64,000 nucleotides of DNA from an uncultured Acidobacteriota bacterium (GTDB taxonomy: Bacteria > Acidobacteriota > Polarisedimenticolia > J045): assembly GCA_963702425.1 (NCBI GenBank), contig CAVPCQ010000017.1, forward strand, positions 160,001-224,000, in the 5' to 3' direction. Position 1 is the stretch's first letter. Each line of letters begins with the position of its first letter. Positions 1 through 13,075 of this stretch are shown one piece after another. The translations under genes were made by a program, and so were the position numbers. A model generated the notes under the pieces. That model worked only from the letters and a program-made list of their open reading frames with translations. It had not been told where the DNA came from and ran no database searches.

Positions 1-916
1 TCTTGTAGGTATTGCTGTTGACGGGATTGTCGGAGTGCCCGTCGGTCCAGTACCCGGTCTGCATGGGGAACTGGAGGATGAAGTTCCGCGCGAGCGTCAT
101 GGCCTGGGCATAGGCGCTCGTATCGCCCAGCCCCGCCGTGACGAGGCTCTCGAGCAGGTCGTAGCTGCCGATCCAGTTGGCGCCGTACTCCGCCGTGATC
201 GTGCCGCTGTCCATCTTCACCCGGTAGGGCCAGACCGACTGGGTTGCCGTCCCGACGCGGGCGTTGGCCGCAAGCGCGTCGGCGACATGAATGGCACTCG
301 TCAGGTATTTCGCATCGCCGGTAAACTGGTACATTCGGAAATAGGCTAATCCCATGTCGCCTGCGTGGTCGACCTGGATCTCATGCAAGGCGAAGGTGGG
401 AGTGAAACCTTCGAATTCGAGATCGCCGTGTTTGGTGGTCGTGTGCGGGAAGTTGGGCCAGGCGAAAGTGGCCGGGCTGGTGCCGTGGTCGATGGCGTAG
501 TCCATGAGGTCGCGGACGATCGCCATGACGGCGACGTCACCGGTATAGGCGTAGTAGAGGCGGGCCGACTCGAACCAGTTGGGGATCTTCTCGCCGATGT
601 CGTTCATCCAGTAGTCCGGAGTGATCTCCGCCTGGGTGGTTACGAAGCCGTCGTAGAAGTAGTACTGCGGGTAGGAGGAGCGCGGTGCCGGCCCCGGCGA
701 CGGCGGGACACTGGTCTTGATGAAATTCCACCGCCTGTCGAGGAACTCATCGTAGGCGTTGGCCGCCGGCGAGAACCACGGGACGATCTTGCTCTGGGCG
801 TCAAGCTGAACAGTATGGCCGGCGATGGTATCGGCTGCCGCTCGCATCCCGGTGGCCGCGACGATGAGGACGAATAGCAGCAGGAGAAGCTGTTGCACGG
901 GCCGCGCCCTGGTCAT
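1..916 (-). CDS. Secreted hypothetical protein, possibly (alpha/alpha)-barrel glycoside hydrolase-like; 3' end runs off the window
   Basis: Missing from the ORF track because it has no stop in the window. Open frame from ATG 916 with RBS AGGAGG; MTRARPVQQLLLLLFVLIVAATGMRAAA signal peptide; Trp/Tyr-rich helical segments (FESARLYYAYTGD, LAYFRMYQFTGDAKYL). Confidence 0.65.
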   Translation of the reverse strand, partial: MTRARPVQQLLLLLFVLIVAATGMRAAADTIAGHTVQLDAQSKIVPWFSPAANAYDEFLDRRWNFIKTSVPPSPGPAPRSSYPQYYFYDGFVTTQAEITPDYWMNDIGEKIPNWFESARLYYAYTGDVAVMAIVRDLMDYAIDHGTSPATFAWPNFPHTTTKHGDLEFEGFTPTFALHEIQVDHAGDMGLAYFRMYQFTGDAKYLTSAIHVADALAANARVGTATQSVWPYRVKMDSGTITAEYGANWIGSYDLLESLVTAGLGDTSAYAQAMTLARNFILQFPMQTGYWTDGHSDNPVNSNTYK

Positions 917-1099
917 GGTCCGACCTCCTGGTCGCTGGTCGAGCGGCAGACGGCGGACGGAAATTCCGGGCCATGAGAAGACCCCGTCTTTCTCGCCAGA
1001 AATCCGTCAGCCTAGCCCTTCAACGAGTTGAGCTCCGATGTAGGATACCCGAATCGCCCGCGGAGGAGCCCGGTTGCCGCTGCGGTGCCCCCGCCCACG

Positions 1100-1894
1100 T
1101 CACAGCGTAGGTCCCGGCGACCCCTCCGGCGACGGCCGAACGCTCCGGTACAGTCGCAGGGCCATGCCACCGAGCGTGAGCGCGACGAGGACGACGATCG
1201 CGACCTTCGCTGTCCGATCGGTAGCCGGCGCCACGAACACCGGGCCGTCCAGCGCGATCCAGGCGAGGACGGCGCAGGTGGCGAGGCTCAGCGCCGTCTG
1301 GAGGCGGCGGCGGAAGGCCTCGGTGCAGGCGAAGGCCTCCCTCGCCGCGGGCACCGCGCGGCCGCCGAGCAGGAGGTCCAGGAACCAGCGCGAGTCGACG
1401 AGCACGAGAACCCCGCACACGATGCCGACGAGTCCCAGCACCGGCGCGGTGCGGCTCGCGTCGGCGCGATCGCCCGGGCACGGCTTCCATTCCGCGGTCC
1501 GCGGCCAGCGGCAGCGGGCCCACACGGCCGCGCCGAAGCCCACGACCAGCAGGCCGGGCCACCACAGCGCTGGGATCACGGTGGCGCCCCACCAGTCGCC
1601 GAGAGCCCGCAGCAATTCGGGCACGGAAGCGCGCAGGAAGGCGCGGCCGTCCGCGGGATCGATGATCGTCAGCACCGGGCGTTAGCGCGCGGCGACCTCC
1701 GCGGGACGGCCGAAGCCGTGCAACAGCTCGGTGGCCAGCGCCGGGTCGGCGTCGCGTCCCGCAGCCTCGGCCCGGGCCTGCAGCTCTTCGCGCAGCGGCA
1801 CGCGCAACTCGAACGCTACGTCGTTGCGCTGCGCGCGTGGCCGGCGGAGGGCGACGTCGGTGACGTGGGCTTCGATCAGGTCGTTGGTGGTCAT
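1100..1894 (-). pseudogene. PadR-associated membrane protein (HAAS-like N-terminus) interrupted by an in-frame stop
   Basis: MTTNDLIEAHVTDVALR...FGRPAEVAAR-TAA(1682-1684)-RPVLTIIDPADG continues in the same frame into TM helices; TAA sits where Tyr is expected. Confidence 0.7.
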
Positions 1895-1992
1895 CGTCCG
1901 TCTTCCCTCAGAAGGCGGGCCATGGCGTCGTTCAGGCCCTGCCACGACTCGGTGAGCTTTCGGAGCAGCTTCCGGCCGCTGGCGCTCTGGGT
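1891..1992 (-). pseudogene. 3' remnant of a PadR-family regulator
   Basis: SASGRKLLRKLTESWQGLNDAMARLLREDGR* resembles the PadR C-terminal helix; ATGA overlap with the next gene; no N-terminal wHTH. Confidence 0.55.
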
Positions 1993-2231
1993 GCAGTTGT
2001 CGCGCACAGCATGTCAAGCGCCGTTGCGCTTCGCCATGGCCGCATCCACGCGTCCGCATGACTGATGCCTCGGTAGGTGCCGGGGCAAGAGCGTTGGTGG
2101 AGCGCACTCGCGATGGCATCCGCGACGGTCGCGCCCAACGGCTGGTAGAAACGGCGGCGGAGAGCTCGACAGCAGGGCACACGCGCTCGGCGACGACGCG
2201 GTGGTTGCGGCAGTTTGGTCGAGCGAGAGCA

Positions 2232-2370
2232 TTACGCTGCGGGACGCCAGCCGTTCCGGTGGGAAAGTCCGCCAAGGCGAGGTCGAGCGAAGGCCTCGCG
2301 GTGGTGGCTGAGGTCCGTTCGCCAGCGCTGACCCGCCTCTGGATCGACTGGACGCCGGGTCACACCCCGT
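2232..2370 (-). mobile_element. Degenerate 3' end of an rve-type integrase/transposase
   Basis: ...RPVDPE...ARPRLGGLSHRNGWRPAA* resembles the PRLGGLHHRY-x-W-x-AA C-terminus of such integrases. Confidence 0.45.
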
Positions 2371-2379
2371 GATGCGCCG

Positions 2380-4245
2380 CTACGGGCAAGCACCTCCCGG
2401 TGCAGGACTCGGTCGCTCATGTCCGTCGCTGTCGGTGCCGAACGACCCGTCACCGGCACCGTTTCGCCCGACCACGACGAAGCCGCACTGATCCGGAAGC
2501 TCCGGCAGGACGGCCGAGGTGCCGGTCCCGAGCACGGCCTCGCACTCTGGCTGCGAGCCGCCGCCAAGCGTGCCGAGATCGACGCGGTAGAGGTAGTACG
2601 CGCTGACCGCACCCCCGCTGATCGGCACGGACCAGGCCAACTCGAAGTCTCCGGAGACCCCACGGATCGTGAAGGGTGCTCCCGCGGCCATCGGATCGGA
2701 GGGCTCTCCCGGCGGTGCCAGGGCGAACACGTCCATCTTCGTGTAGTCGTTGGTGACCTGGTAGCCCGCGCTCAGGATGTTGTTCATCGAGCGGTCCAGG
2801 TAGAGGCGGAACGCGCTCGACGAATTGTCCGGGGCGGCGCTCGGGCTCGGCCAGGGGGGCGAGTAGCCGTTCGAAACGAAGCCGGGGATGAGGATGTTCT
2901 TCACGCTCCAGCGGTCGAGGGCGACGGGGTCCGTGCTGGCGACCAGCTCGTCGCGCCGGGTGGCGCCTGCGTACGTCGTAGCGGGCCCCGAGTACGGGTT
3001 GGCGTTGATCCAGATCGCGTCCAGGATGTTCAGATCCGCCGGTCGGACCTCGCCGATCACCGCGCCGAGGAGCCCGTAGCCGATCCCGAGGTGCGAGTTG
3101 GTGCTCAGGCTGTCGGTGACGACGCCCATGTAGTGCTTCACAGCCGCCGTCGCGCCGTAGGTCGAGTGGTGGGACTTCAAGACCGGCACGTTGATGAACT
3201 TCAGGTGGGAGCGGTCGTATAGGCCGGTGGCTTCATTCCAGAGACCGCGCTTCAGGCTGATCGGCGTGCCGTAGCTGGTCCGGAACTTGGGGTAGGAGGT
3301 TCGGCCGGAGTAGCCAGGATCGTAGGGTCCGACGACGTAGCCGCTGCGCAGGTCCCCGGTGTCGTACTCGGTGACCTGCGTCAGGCGAGTGCTGGTCCAG
3401 TCGAGGTGCGAGACACGGTATCCCTGCCCTTGGAAGTGAACGACCACGTCGTGCGGCGACTGGTGGCGGTCCTGGGCGTTGTTGGCCGCGCGATCGAAGC
3501 TGTCGATCGAGTTGAACTGCGAATTCTCGGCGACAACGACCTCGCCCGTGAAATCGTCGGGGTGATCGAGAATCCTCCGGATCAGCCCGCGCAGCACGTC
3601 GGTGTTCGTGCCCCCGCGTTCCGGCCACTGGTAGTTGATCTTGATCACCACCGTGTCGTCGGCCGCGACGATCCCGTCCGGACCCGCCGTCAGGGATGTC
3701 GTGGAGGACCTGTAGAACTTCGTCCCCTGGGCCCCCATGGTCGTGAGCAGCTCGTCGAGGCCCGGAAAGTAATCGCCGACGGGGTCCGGCGCGCAGTTGG
3801 TCTCGTGGAACAACTTCGCGCGGTACTCCGCGGCGGGTGCCAGCAGCGGTCCCGGATCAGGGGCCACCACCGGCTCCGGCCTCGCTGTGGCATCGGAGAT
3901 GTTCTCGCGGACGCCGATGGTCAACGCGAGGCCGAGCACCGCGAGCGCAACGGTCCTCACCAGCGAGATGCGCGGGTCCAGCCAGCGACGAATGCCCACG
4001 ACCGCCGCGACCAGCGGCACGCCGAAGGCGAGCGATGCGGCGGAGAACGCGGCCTGCTGGCAGGGGTATACGAGCCGGCTCGGCTTGCTGCCGCTGCGCA
4101 ATACCAGCCACGCGAGGGCGGCGAGACCGGCGAGGAACGGGCTGGCAGTGAGCGCTTTTTTCCAGCGGCGTTGCGGCAGTTTCCCGCGTCTTGGATCGTG
4201 CGCGGAAGTGCTGTGGCCAGGATACGGATCACCGTGGGGATGCAT
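2380..4245 (-). CDS. Exported/membrane-anchored DUF362-domain protein with an extra C-terminal beta domain ending GGACP
   Basis: VVIKINYQW, GGTNTDVLRGLI, INVPVLKSHH, GATAAVKHYMG, ASTDPVALD motifs; N-terminal hydrophobic segments with KPSRLVYPCQ; start ATG 4245 after GGAGGG. Confidence 0.8.
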   Translation of the reverse strand: MHPHGDPYPGHSTSAHDPRRGKLPQRRWKKALTASPFLAGLAALAWLVLRSGSKPSRLVYPCQQAAFSAASLAFGVPLVAAVVGIRRWLDPRISLVRTVALAVLGLALTIGVRENISDATARPEPVVAPDPGPLLAPAAEYRAKLFHETNCAPDPVGDYFPGLDELLTTMGAQGTKFYRSSTTSLTAGPDGIVAADDTVVIKINYQWPERGGTNTDVLRGLIRRILDHPDDFTGEVVVAENSQFNSIDSFDRAANNAQDRHQSPHDVVVHFQGQGYRVSHLDWTSTRLTQVTEYDTGDLRSGYVVGPYDPGYSGRTSYPKFRTSYGTPISLKRGLWNEATGLYDRSHLKFINVPVLKSHHSTYGATAAVKHYMGVVTDSLSTNSHLGIGYGLLGAVIGEVRPADLNILDAIWINANPYSGPATTYAGATRRDELVASTDPVALDRWSVKNILIPGFVSNGYSPPWPSPSAAPDNSSSAFRLYLDRSMNNILSAGYQVTNDYTKMDVFALAPPGEPSDPMAAGAPFTIRGVSGDFELAWSVPISGGAVSAYYLYRVDLGTLGGGSQPECEAVLGTGTSAVLPELPDQCGFVVVGRNGAGDGSFGTDSDGHERPSPAPGGACP

Positions 4246-4483
4246 GGGGCTTCCCTCCACCTGCTGACCCGGACACGAACGCTCGTGTGACGAGTGATCC
4301 TACACCCGGAACAACCACCAGTAGCCTGCCCCCCGTAGCCCGGCGAAGGGGGCCTGCGGGTCAGGGTCAACCCGTTGAAGCGCCTTGGGACGAACGACGC
4401 CTTGCCGCAGCGGTCAGGATCCACGGGAGGCCCGCTTCCGGGGTAGCATCGCGCCGCGGGCCAGGACTTGAGGAGTCGGGAGG

Positions 4484-7138
<2,655 letters not shown>

Positions 7139-7212
7139 GGTTACGCCAGGTCCTGCGGATCAGCGGATCGGGCTGTGCTTCGCCGGAATCGACGCCGTAC
7201 GTTCCGGACGAC

Positions 7213-7440
7213 TCACGCAGCGCGGCGCCAGCCGTCGCGATGATGAAGCTCCCCGAGGCGAGGAAGTGCGATCACCGATGCAGCGCGCAGCGAGCCGGGC
7301 CGGAAGGCGCCGCAGCTGTTTCTGGTCGAGGACGATCACGTGGCCGAGGAGATCGCGTCTCACGGCGCTCACGAACCTCTCGACGACTCCGTTCTGCCAG
7401 GGACTGCGCCCGGTGATCAGCTTTGGTCCGATGCCCGGGC
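7213..7440 (-). mobile_element. Degenerate integrase core (rve) fragment
   Basis: SPWQNGVVERFVSAVRRDLLGHVIVLDQKQLRRL then, frameshifted, LPRLGELHHRDGWRRAA*. Confidence 0.75.
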
Positions 7441-7573
7441 GCCGGACTGCCGGGGTCGAGGCGAGGCGCAGGTCAAGAGCCTCCGCGGGCCTCGTGTCGC
7501 AGTAGCATGGAGTCGCCAGCAGGATGTCGAAGGGAAGCGCGGACCGGGTAACAGCGAGCCAAAGGGAGCCGTC

Positions 7574-8608
7574 GTGAGCGATCCACGGCAGGTCGTCATG
7601 CGGAACGGGCGGATCGTCAGCACCTCCATCGGTGTGCTGGCTGCGCGTCACTGCAACCTGTCGTGCCGGGCATGCGTCACGCTGTCGCCCACCCTGCCGC
7701 CTTCGTTCGCCGATCCGGACGAGGTCTTCCGCGATCTCGGGACGCTCGGACGGTTTTACCATGCCCGTGCCGCGCGGGTCCGGGGCGGCGAGCCGCTGCT
7801 CCACCCGGCGCTCGGTGAAGTTCTTGCCGCGGTCCGGCGCTCGGGCGTCGCGGACAGGATCGCCGTCGTGACCAATGGTGTCCTGCTGTCGCAGATGCCC
7901 GGGTCCTTCTGGGAAGCCGTGGACGAGGTCCGGGTCTCCGCGTTCCCGCAGCCTGCGTTCGATCGAAAGCGGCTCGACGATTGGCGGGAAAGAGCGTGCG
8001 GCAACGGCGTCGACCTGATCGTCCTGCACGTCGACCGGTTCCGCGAGACGTATGCCGAGGCGGGTACCAGCGACGAGCGCCTGGTGCGGCGCCTGTACGC
8101 GACATGCGAGGACGCCCACGTCCTCCGCTGCCACGGCGTCAGCGGCGGGATCTTCTACAAGTGCGACCAGGGCTGGGCGATCGCGGCCGCGCGCAACACC
8201 GATGATGCCGCGGGCCGGCAGATGAACGGCGTCGAGATCTCCGATGCCCCGGCCTTCGCCGAGCGGCTGCTCGCGTACCTCGAGTCCTGCGATCCGCTTC
8301 CGGCGTGCCGGTTCTGCCTCGGCAGCGCGGGAAGACTCTTCTCGCACGAGCTGGTTCCGCGGGCGCGCTGGACCGCGCACCAGTCGCACTCGACCGAGCA
8401 GCTCCTGGATCCCGAACACCTGTCGCGTCTCGAACGCGGGCACTCGGGAGCCTACCTCCGCTGCGTGCGGGAAGTGACGTTGGAGGCCTTCCACGGGCAC
8501 AGCAGCCGCCTGCTGCGGCTTGCCGTGGGCCTCCTTTCACGGCGCCCGGTCCGTGGGTTGCTGTCGCGACAACTGGAGGACGCGATCCGAAGCTATCGGG
8601 ATCCGTGA
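7574..8608 (+). CDS. Radical SAM protein
   Basis: CNLSCRAC (CxxxCxxC), GGEPLLHP, VVTNG, distal Cys residues including CRFC; GTG start after GGGAG. Confidence 0.88.
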   Translation: MSDPRQVVMRNGRIVSTSIGVLAARHCNLSCRACVTLSPTLPPSFADPDEVFRDLGTLGRFYHARAARVRGGEPLLHPALGEVLAAVRRSGVADRIAVVTNGVLLSQMPGSFWEAVDEVRVSAFPQPAFDRKRLDDWRERACGNGVDLIVLHVDRFRETYAEAGTSDERLVRRLYATCEDAHVLRCHGVSGGIFYKCDQGWAIAAARNTDDAAGRQMNGVEISDAPAFAERLLAYLESCDPLPACRFCLGSAGRLFSHELVPRARWTAHQSHSTEQLLDPEHLSRLERGHSGAYLRCVREVTLEAFHGHSSRLLRLAVGLLSRRPVRGLLSRQLEDAIRSYRDP

Positions 8609-8805
8609 CAGCCGGTTGCCCCGCGCCACGACGCCCTCCGACTGGCTGTCCGGCCGGCTGCAGGGGTGCCCCTCGTCATGCGTCCCGCAGACTCGCCGAG
8701 GAAGCGGCCGCAGCCCTCGCGGGGGCAGGACCGGCGAATTCCGCTCCGGCGTGGGTTTTTCCGGAGTCCGGCGTACCTTTCCGACAGCTCGCGAGAGGGT
8801 CCCCC

Positions 8806-11800
8806 ATGTTCTGGATGGCAAGGCTCGTCCTGATCCCGATGCTCGTTTGCACCGCCTCCGTCTCCGTCTGCGCCGCCGGAGATGCGGCAGCAGACCTCCC
8901 TTCCAATCTTCACTGGTGGGTCGTCCAGCACACCGAGAACGGCCAGAAGGCCGACTTCTTCGTCGTCCTCAGGGGACAGCCGGACGTCTCCGCTGCTCGC
9001 GCGCTCTCCGACAAGCGGGACAAGGGGCGCTTCGTGTTCTCCGCCCTCACGCAGGCCGCGGAGGCGACGCAGGGCCCCCTGCGCGCGTGGCTCGATGCAC
9101 GCGGGGTCAGGTACCAGACGTTCTGGATCGTGAACGCCATCCTGATCCAGGGCGGTGACCGCGCGCTGGCGGTCGAGGCCGCGCGCCGGCCGGAGGTGGC
9201 TCGCGTCGAAGGCAATCCGGTCATCCAGAATGTTCTCCCCCGGCCGGGAGCGATCGAGGACCTGGGCGGCTCCGTGCCGCTCGCGCCCCCGGAGCCCGAC
9301 GGGGCACCCGATTCGGTCGAGTGGGGCATCTCCAAGGTGAACGCACCCGCGGTGTGGAACCTGGGATTCCGCGGCGAGGGGGTCGTCGTCGGCGGCCAGG
9401 ACACGGGATACCGCTGGACCCACAACGCGCTGAAGAGCAAGTACCGTGGCTGGAACGGTACGACCGCCGACCACGACTACAACTGGCACGACGCGATTCA
9501 CGCGGGCGGAAGCAGCTGCGGCGCCGATTCTCCGGTCCCCTGCGACGACTACGGCCACGGCACCCATACGATGGGGACAGTGCTCGGCGATGACGGCGGC
9601 TCGAACCAGGTGGGCATGGCGCCCCAGGCGAAGTGGATCGGGTGCCGCAACATGGACGGGGGCGCAGGTACCCCCGCCACCTACCTCGAGTGCTTCCAGT
9701 TCTTCCTGGCGCCCACCCGTCTCGACGGCTCGGATCCCGATCCGACGAAGGCGCCCGACGTGACCAACAACTCGTGGGCCTGCCCCGTGTCCGAGGGCTG
9801 CTCGTGGGACACGCTGCAGGCGGCCGTCGACAACCAGGAGGCCGCCGGCATCATGACCGTCGCTTCCGCGGGCAATTCGGGATCGAGCTGCAATACCGTC
9901 ACCGATCCGCCCGCGCTCTATCTCTCGGCCTACACGGTGGGATCCACCACCAGCTCGGATTCCATGTCGTACTTCAGCAGCCGGGGCTACGCGACCGGGA
10001 CCGGCGCGATGAAGCCCGAGATCGTCGCCCCGGGCTCGGGCGTGCGTTCGTCGTACTACACGAGCGATTCGGCGTACACCACGATGGACGGAACCAGCAT
10101 GGCCAGTCCTCACGTGGCGGGCGCGGTGGCGCTGCTCTGGTCGGCGCACTCCTGCTTCCAGAACCGCCAGGACGACACGCAGACCGCCCTCAGCGCGGCG
10201 GCCCTCGACCTCCCCGGCATCGTGGAGGGCTGCGGCGGCGATTACGCCGCGGGCCCGAACAACACGTGGGGCAACGGACGCCTCGACATCCTCTCGGCCG
10301 TGAACGCCGGCTGCCTGTGCACCGTGCCGGGAGTTCCCGCGGTCGATGCGGCCACGGTGCCCGGAGACAACCAGATCACGGTGAGCTGGACTCCGGGGTC
10401 GCCAGCCGGCGATAGCTACCGGATCTACCGCTCCGCGGGCGCCTGCCCCGGAGGCGCCTTCACGCTGGTACGGTCCGACCAGGCCGCTTCCCCGTGGACG
10501 GACACCAGCGTCAGCGGTGGAATCACGTACGCCTACAAGGTCGCGGCGCTCGACGCGACGGGCGGCTGCCAGTCCGCGCCGTCCGGGTGCGTCTCGGCCA
10601 CCGCGACGGGACCGTGCACGCTGGCGCCCGCCTTCGCGGGGCTGTCGTCCGTCACGAACCCGGCGCAGTCGACCTGCGCCCAGAGCCTGTCGTGGACCGC
10701 GGCGACGCCGAGTTGTTCAGGGCCGGTACGTTACAGGATCTACCGGTCCACGACGAGCCCCGTCGCGCTCGTGCCGGCGAACGTGGTCGCTTCCGGCGTC
10801 GACGGCACGACCTACCTGGACGCCGCGGGCCTGGTCAGCGGGACGGTCTATTACTACATCGTCCGGGCCTTCGACCTGTCGAACGGCGCCGAGGACACGA
10901 ACGTCGTGGAACTGGCCGGGTCGCCGACCGGCCCCATTTCGACGCAGACACTGACCGAGACGTTCGAGGGAGTGGGCGGATTCGACCTGCCCGGATGGAG
11001 CACGGCCGCCCTGAGCGGCTCGGTGAACTGGACGCGGTCCGACACCTACGCGCAGTCTCCCACCCACTCGTGGTACGCACGGGACGTCGGCAGCGCCGGG
11101 GACAAGGTGCTCGTCAGCCCCGCCTTCGGGGCCCAGGCGAACAGCGGGCTGTCCTTCTACCACGGCTTCCGGTTCGAAGGTACGCCGACGTCGTGCAAGG
11201 ACGGCGGCACGCTGGAGTATGCGCTCGGACCCGGGTTCTCCACCTGGAGCGTCGTGCCGGCGGCGTGGTTCACCGCCAACGGCTTCGACGGCACGGTGAG
11301 CTCGTGCTGCGACAATCCGCTGGCCGGCAAGCGCGCGTGGTGCGTGTCGAACGGCTCCGCGCAGCCGGTGACGCTCGGCTTGGGCGCGCTCGACGGAAAG
11401 TCGGTCAAGCTGCGCTGGCACGAGGGCGAGGACAGCAGCGGTTCGTCGACCGGCTGGTACGTGGATACGGTCGTCTTCAGCAATGCCGCCGTGGGCGCCG
11501 CGTGCGCCACCGGAAGCGCTCCACCGCCTCCCGTCGCGGAGAGCGCGCTCTTCACGCGCTCCGCGGGGAGCATGCTGAACGTGACGTACGACGCCGCGAC
11601 GTGCAATGCGCAGAAGGTAGTCATCCTGTACAACGCGCTCGGCGCGTGGAGCGGCTACTCCGGCTGCGCCCAGTCCGACGGAGGGAACAGCGGCACCGCG
11701 ATGGTGGACAGCGCGGGTCAGGTCAACGTCTGGTACAACCTGGTCTGGACGAACGGAGGCACGGCGGGGCATCCCGGTTTCGCGTCGAGCGGCGCCCGGA

Positions 11801-11865
11801 CGTGGAACGTGGGGACGCTCTGCGGCATGAGCGCGGACGACCACGGCAGGGCCGCCTGTCCGTGA
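8806..11865 (+). CDS. Secreted S8 serine peptidase (bacillopeptidase F-like) with FN3-like repeats and a C-terminal domain ending AACP
   Basis: Signal peptide; triad GQDTG, GHGTHTMG, GTSMASPHVAG; true start ATG 8806 (the track ORF over-extends). Confidence 0.93.
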   Translation: MFWMARLVLIPMLVCTASVSVCAAGDAAADLPSNLHWWVVQHTENGQKADFFVVLRGQPDVSAARALSDKRDKGRFVFSALTQAAEATQGPLRAWLDARGVRYQTFWIVNAILIQGGDRALAVEAARRPEVARVEGNPVIQNVLPRPGAIEDLGGSVPLAPPEPDGAPDSVEWGISKVNAPAVWNLGFRGEGVVVGGQDTGYRWTHNALKSKYRGWNGTTADHDYNWHDAIHAGGSSCGADSPVPCDDYGHGTHTMGTVLGDDGGSNQVGMAPQAKWIGCRNMDGGAGTPATYLECFQFFLAPTRLDGSDPDPTKAPDVTNNSWACPVSEGCSWDTLQAAVDNQEAAGIMTVASAGNSGSSCNTVTDPPALYLSAYTVGSTTSSDSMSYFSSRGYATGTGAMKPEIVAPGSGVRSSYYTSDSAYTTMDGTSMASPHVAGAVALLWSAHSCFQNRQDDTQTALSAAALDLPGIVEGCGGDYAAGPNNTWGNGRLDILSAVNAGCLCTVPGVPAVDAATVPGDNQITVSWTPGSPAGDSYRIYRSAGACPGGAFTLVRSDQAASPWTDTSVSGGITYAYKVAALDATGGCQSAPSGCVSATATGPCTLAPAFAGLSSVTNPAQSTCAQSLSWTAATPSCSGPVRYRIYRSTTSPVALVPANVVASGVDGTTYLDAAGLVSGTVYYYIVRAFDLSNGAEDTNVVELAGSPTGPISTQTLTETFEGVGGFDLPGWSTAALSGSVNWTRSDTYAQSPTHSWYARDVGSAGDKVLVSPAFGAQANSGLSFYHGFRFEGTPTSCKDGGTLEYALGPGFSTWSVVPAAWFTANGFDGTVSSCCDNPLAGKRAWCVSNGSAQPVTLGLGALDGKSVKLRWHEGEDSSGSSTGWYVDTVVFSNAAVGAACATGSAPPPPVAESALFTRSAGSMLNVTYDAATCNAQKVVILYNALGAWSGYSGCAQSDGGNSGTAMVDSAGQVNVWYNLVWTNGGTAGHPGFASSGARTWNVGTLCGMSADDHGRAACP

Positions 11866-12046
11866 ACCGAACGTGATGGGGACTGACGGGCCGAAGCGCG
11901 CCCGGACCTCGAGCGCACGGCCCACCGACCCGCCCCGCGTTTGAGTGAGGACCAGGATCCGCGTCAAATCGGTGACCAGGGACATCGAGATTCGGAACCC
12001 CGACGCGATGGCGGGCGCCATCGTGCGGGGTCCGTATACTCGCCCG

Positions 12047-12886
12047 ATGTTTGCGGACAGCGCAGTGGCCCGGCGGATCGAGGCGGCGGAAGCACGCCTG
12101 ACGCACGGCGTCGGGAGCGCGGTCGCGTCCCGGGATCCCGCGCGCGCGGTCCTGGTGGCGGAGATCGGCGCGGGCGCCGCGGTCCACGCCGGGCAGGACT
12201 CGCCGTTCGACAAGGTCATTGGGCTCGGTTTCGGGCCACTCGACCTCGACGCATTCGCCCGCTTCGAGGAGCAGGTGCTCGCCCGCGGCGGTTCCGTGCG
12301 AGTCGAGCTGGCGACCCTCGCCGATTCCGAAGTGGGCGCGCTGCTGACGGAGCGCGGCTACGTTCTGCGCGGCTTCGAGAACGTCCTCGGGCTCCGGCTC
12401 GACAGGGCGGTGGCCGCGCGATTCGAGGCGGATCTTCCGGACGGCATCGAGGTCGCGCGCGCCGTGGAGGGCGAGACCGACGAGTGGATCCGCGTCCTCA
12501 ACAGAGGCTTCTCGGTGCCGGACGTGTTCGACGGCCCGCCCCCGACGGAGTCGTTCGACAGCACGGCGCTCGAGCAGGTCTTCCGCGACATGCAGTTGGT
12601 GCCCGGGTTCACGCGCTATCTCGCGCGCCGCGGCGGCGCAATCGCGGGGGGCGCGAGCGTGCGCCTCGACGCCGGCGTCGCGCAGCTCGCCGGCGCCGCG
12701 ACGCTGCCGGAGCACCGCCGCCGCGGCGTGCAGACGGCACTGCTTCGCGCGCGACTCGCCGATGCGGCCCGTGCCGGCTGCGACCTCGCGGTGGTCACGA
12801 CACAGCCCGGCTCGGTCTCGCAGCAGAACGTGACGCGCGAGGGGTTCGCCCTGCTCTACGCGCGGGCGATCCTGGTGCGGGTGTAG
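12047..12886 (+). CDS. GNAT family N-acetyltransferase
   Basis: ATLPEHRRRGVQTALL acetyl-CoA motif, SQQNVTREGF; TATACT 6 nt before ATG. Confidence 0.85.
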   Translation: MFADSAVARRIEAAEARLTHGVGSAVASRDPARAVLVAEIGAGAAVHAGQDSPFDKVIGLGFGPLDLDAFARFEEQVLARGGSVRVELATLADSEVGALLTERGYVLRGFENVLGLRLDRAVAARFEADLPDGIEVARAVEGETDEWIRVLNRGFSVPDVFDGPPPTESFDSTALEQVFRDMQLVPGFTRYLARRGGAIAGGASVRLDAGVAQLAGAATLPEHRRRGVQTALLRARLADAARAGCDLAVVTTQPGSVSQQNVTREGFALLYARAILVRV

Positions 12887-13075
12887 CAGTCCGGCCTGAC
12901 CGGATCCTTTCCACCACCCACGCCGACCTACACCCGCGCTTCCTCGTCGACTGCTGCACGACGGTGCAGCGAGATGCTTCACAACATCGCGCTGCACGCC
13001 GTCTCGACGCGCGTGCGGCTGTTGCCGTCGGGCGAGGCGCTGTAGTCCCCTCGCCCGGCGAGGCCCCGCTGGGCC

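Noticed and set aside
4321-4354. Short palindromic element (CCTTCGCCGGGCTACGGGGGGCAGG on the minus strand) resembling a dispersed repeat
   Set aside because: Single copy in the window, so its repeat status cannot be supported
12945-13000. Intergenic hairpins between convergent genes as an ncRNA
   Set aside because: No promoter or recognisable motif; more likely a terminator-like structure or remnant
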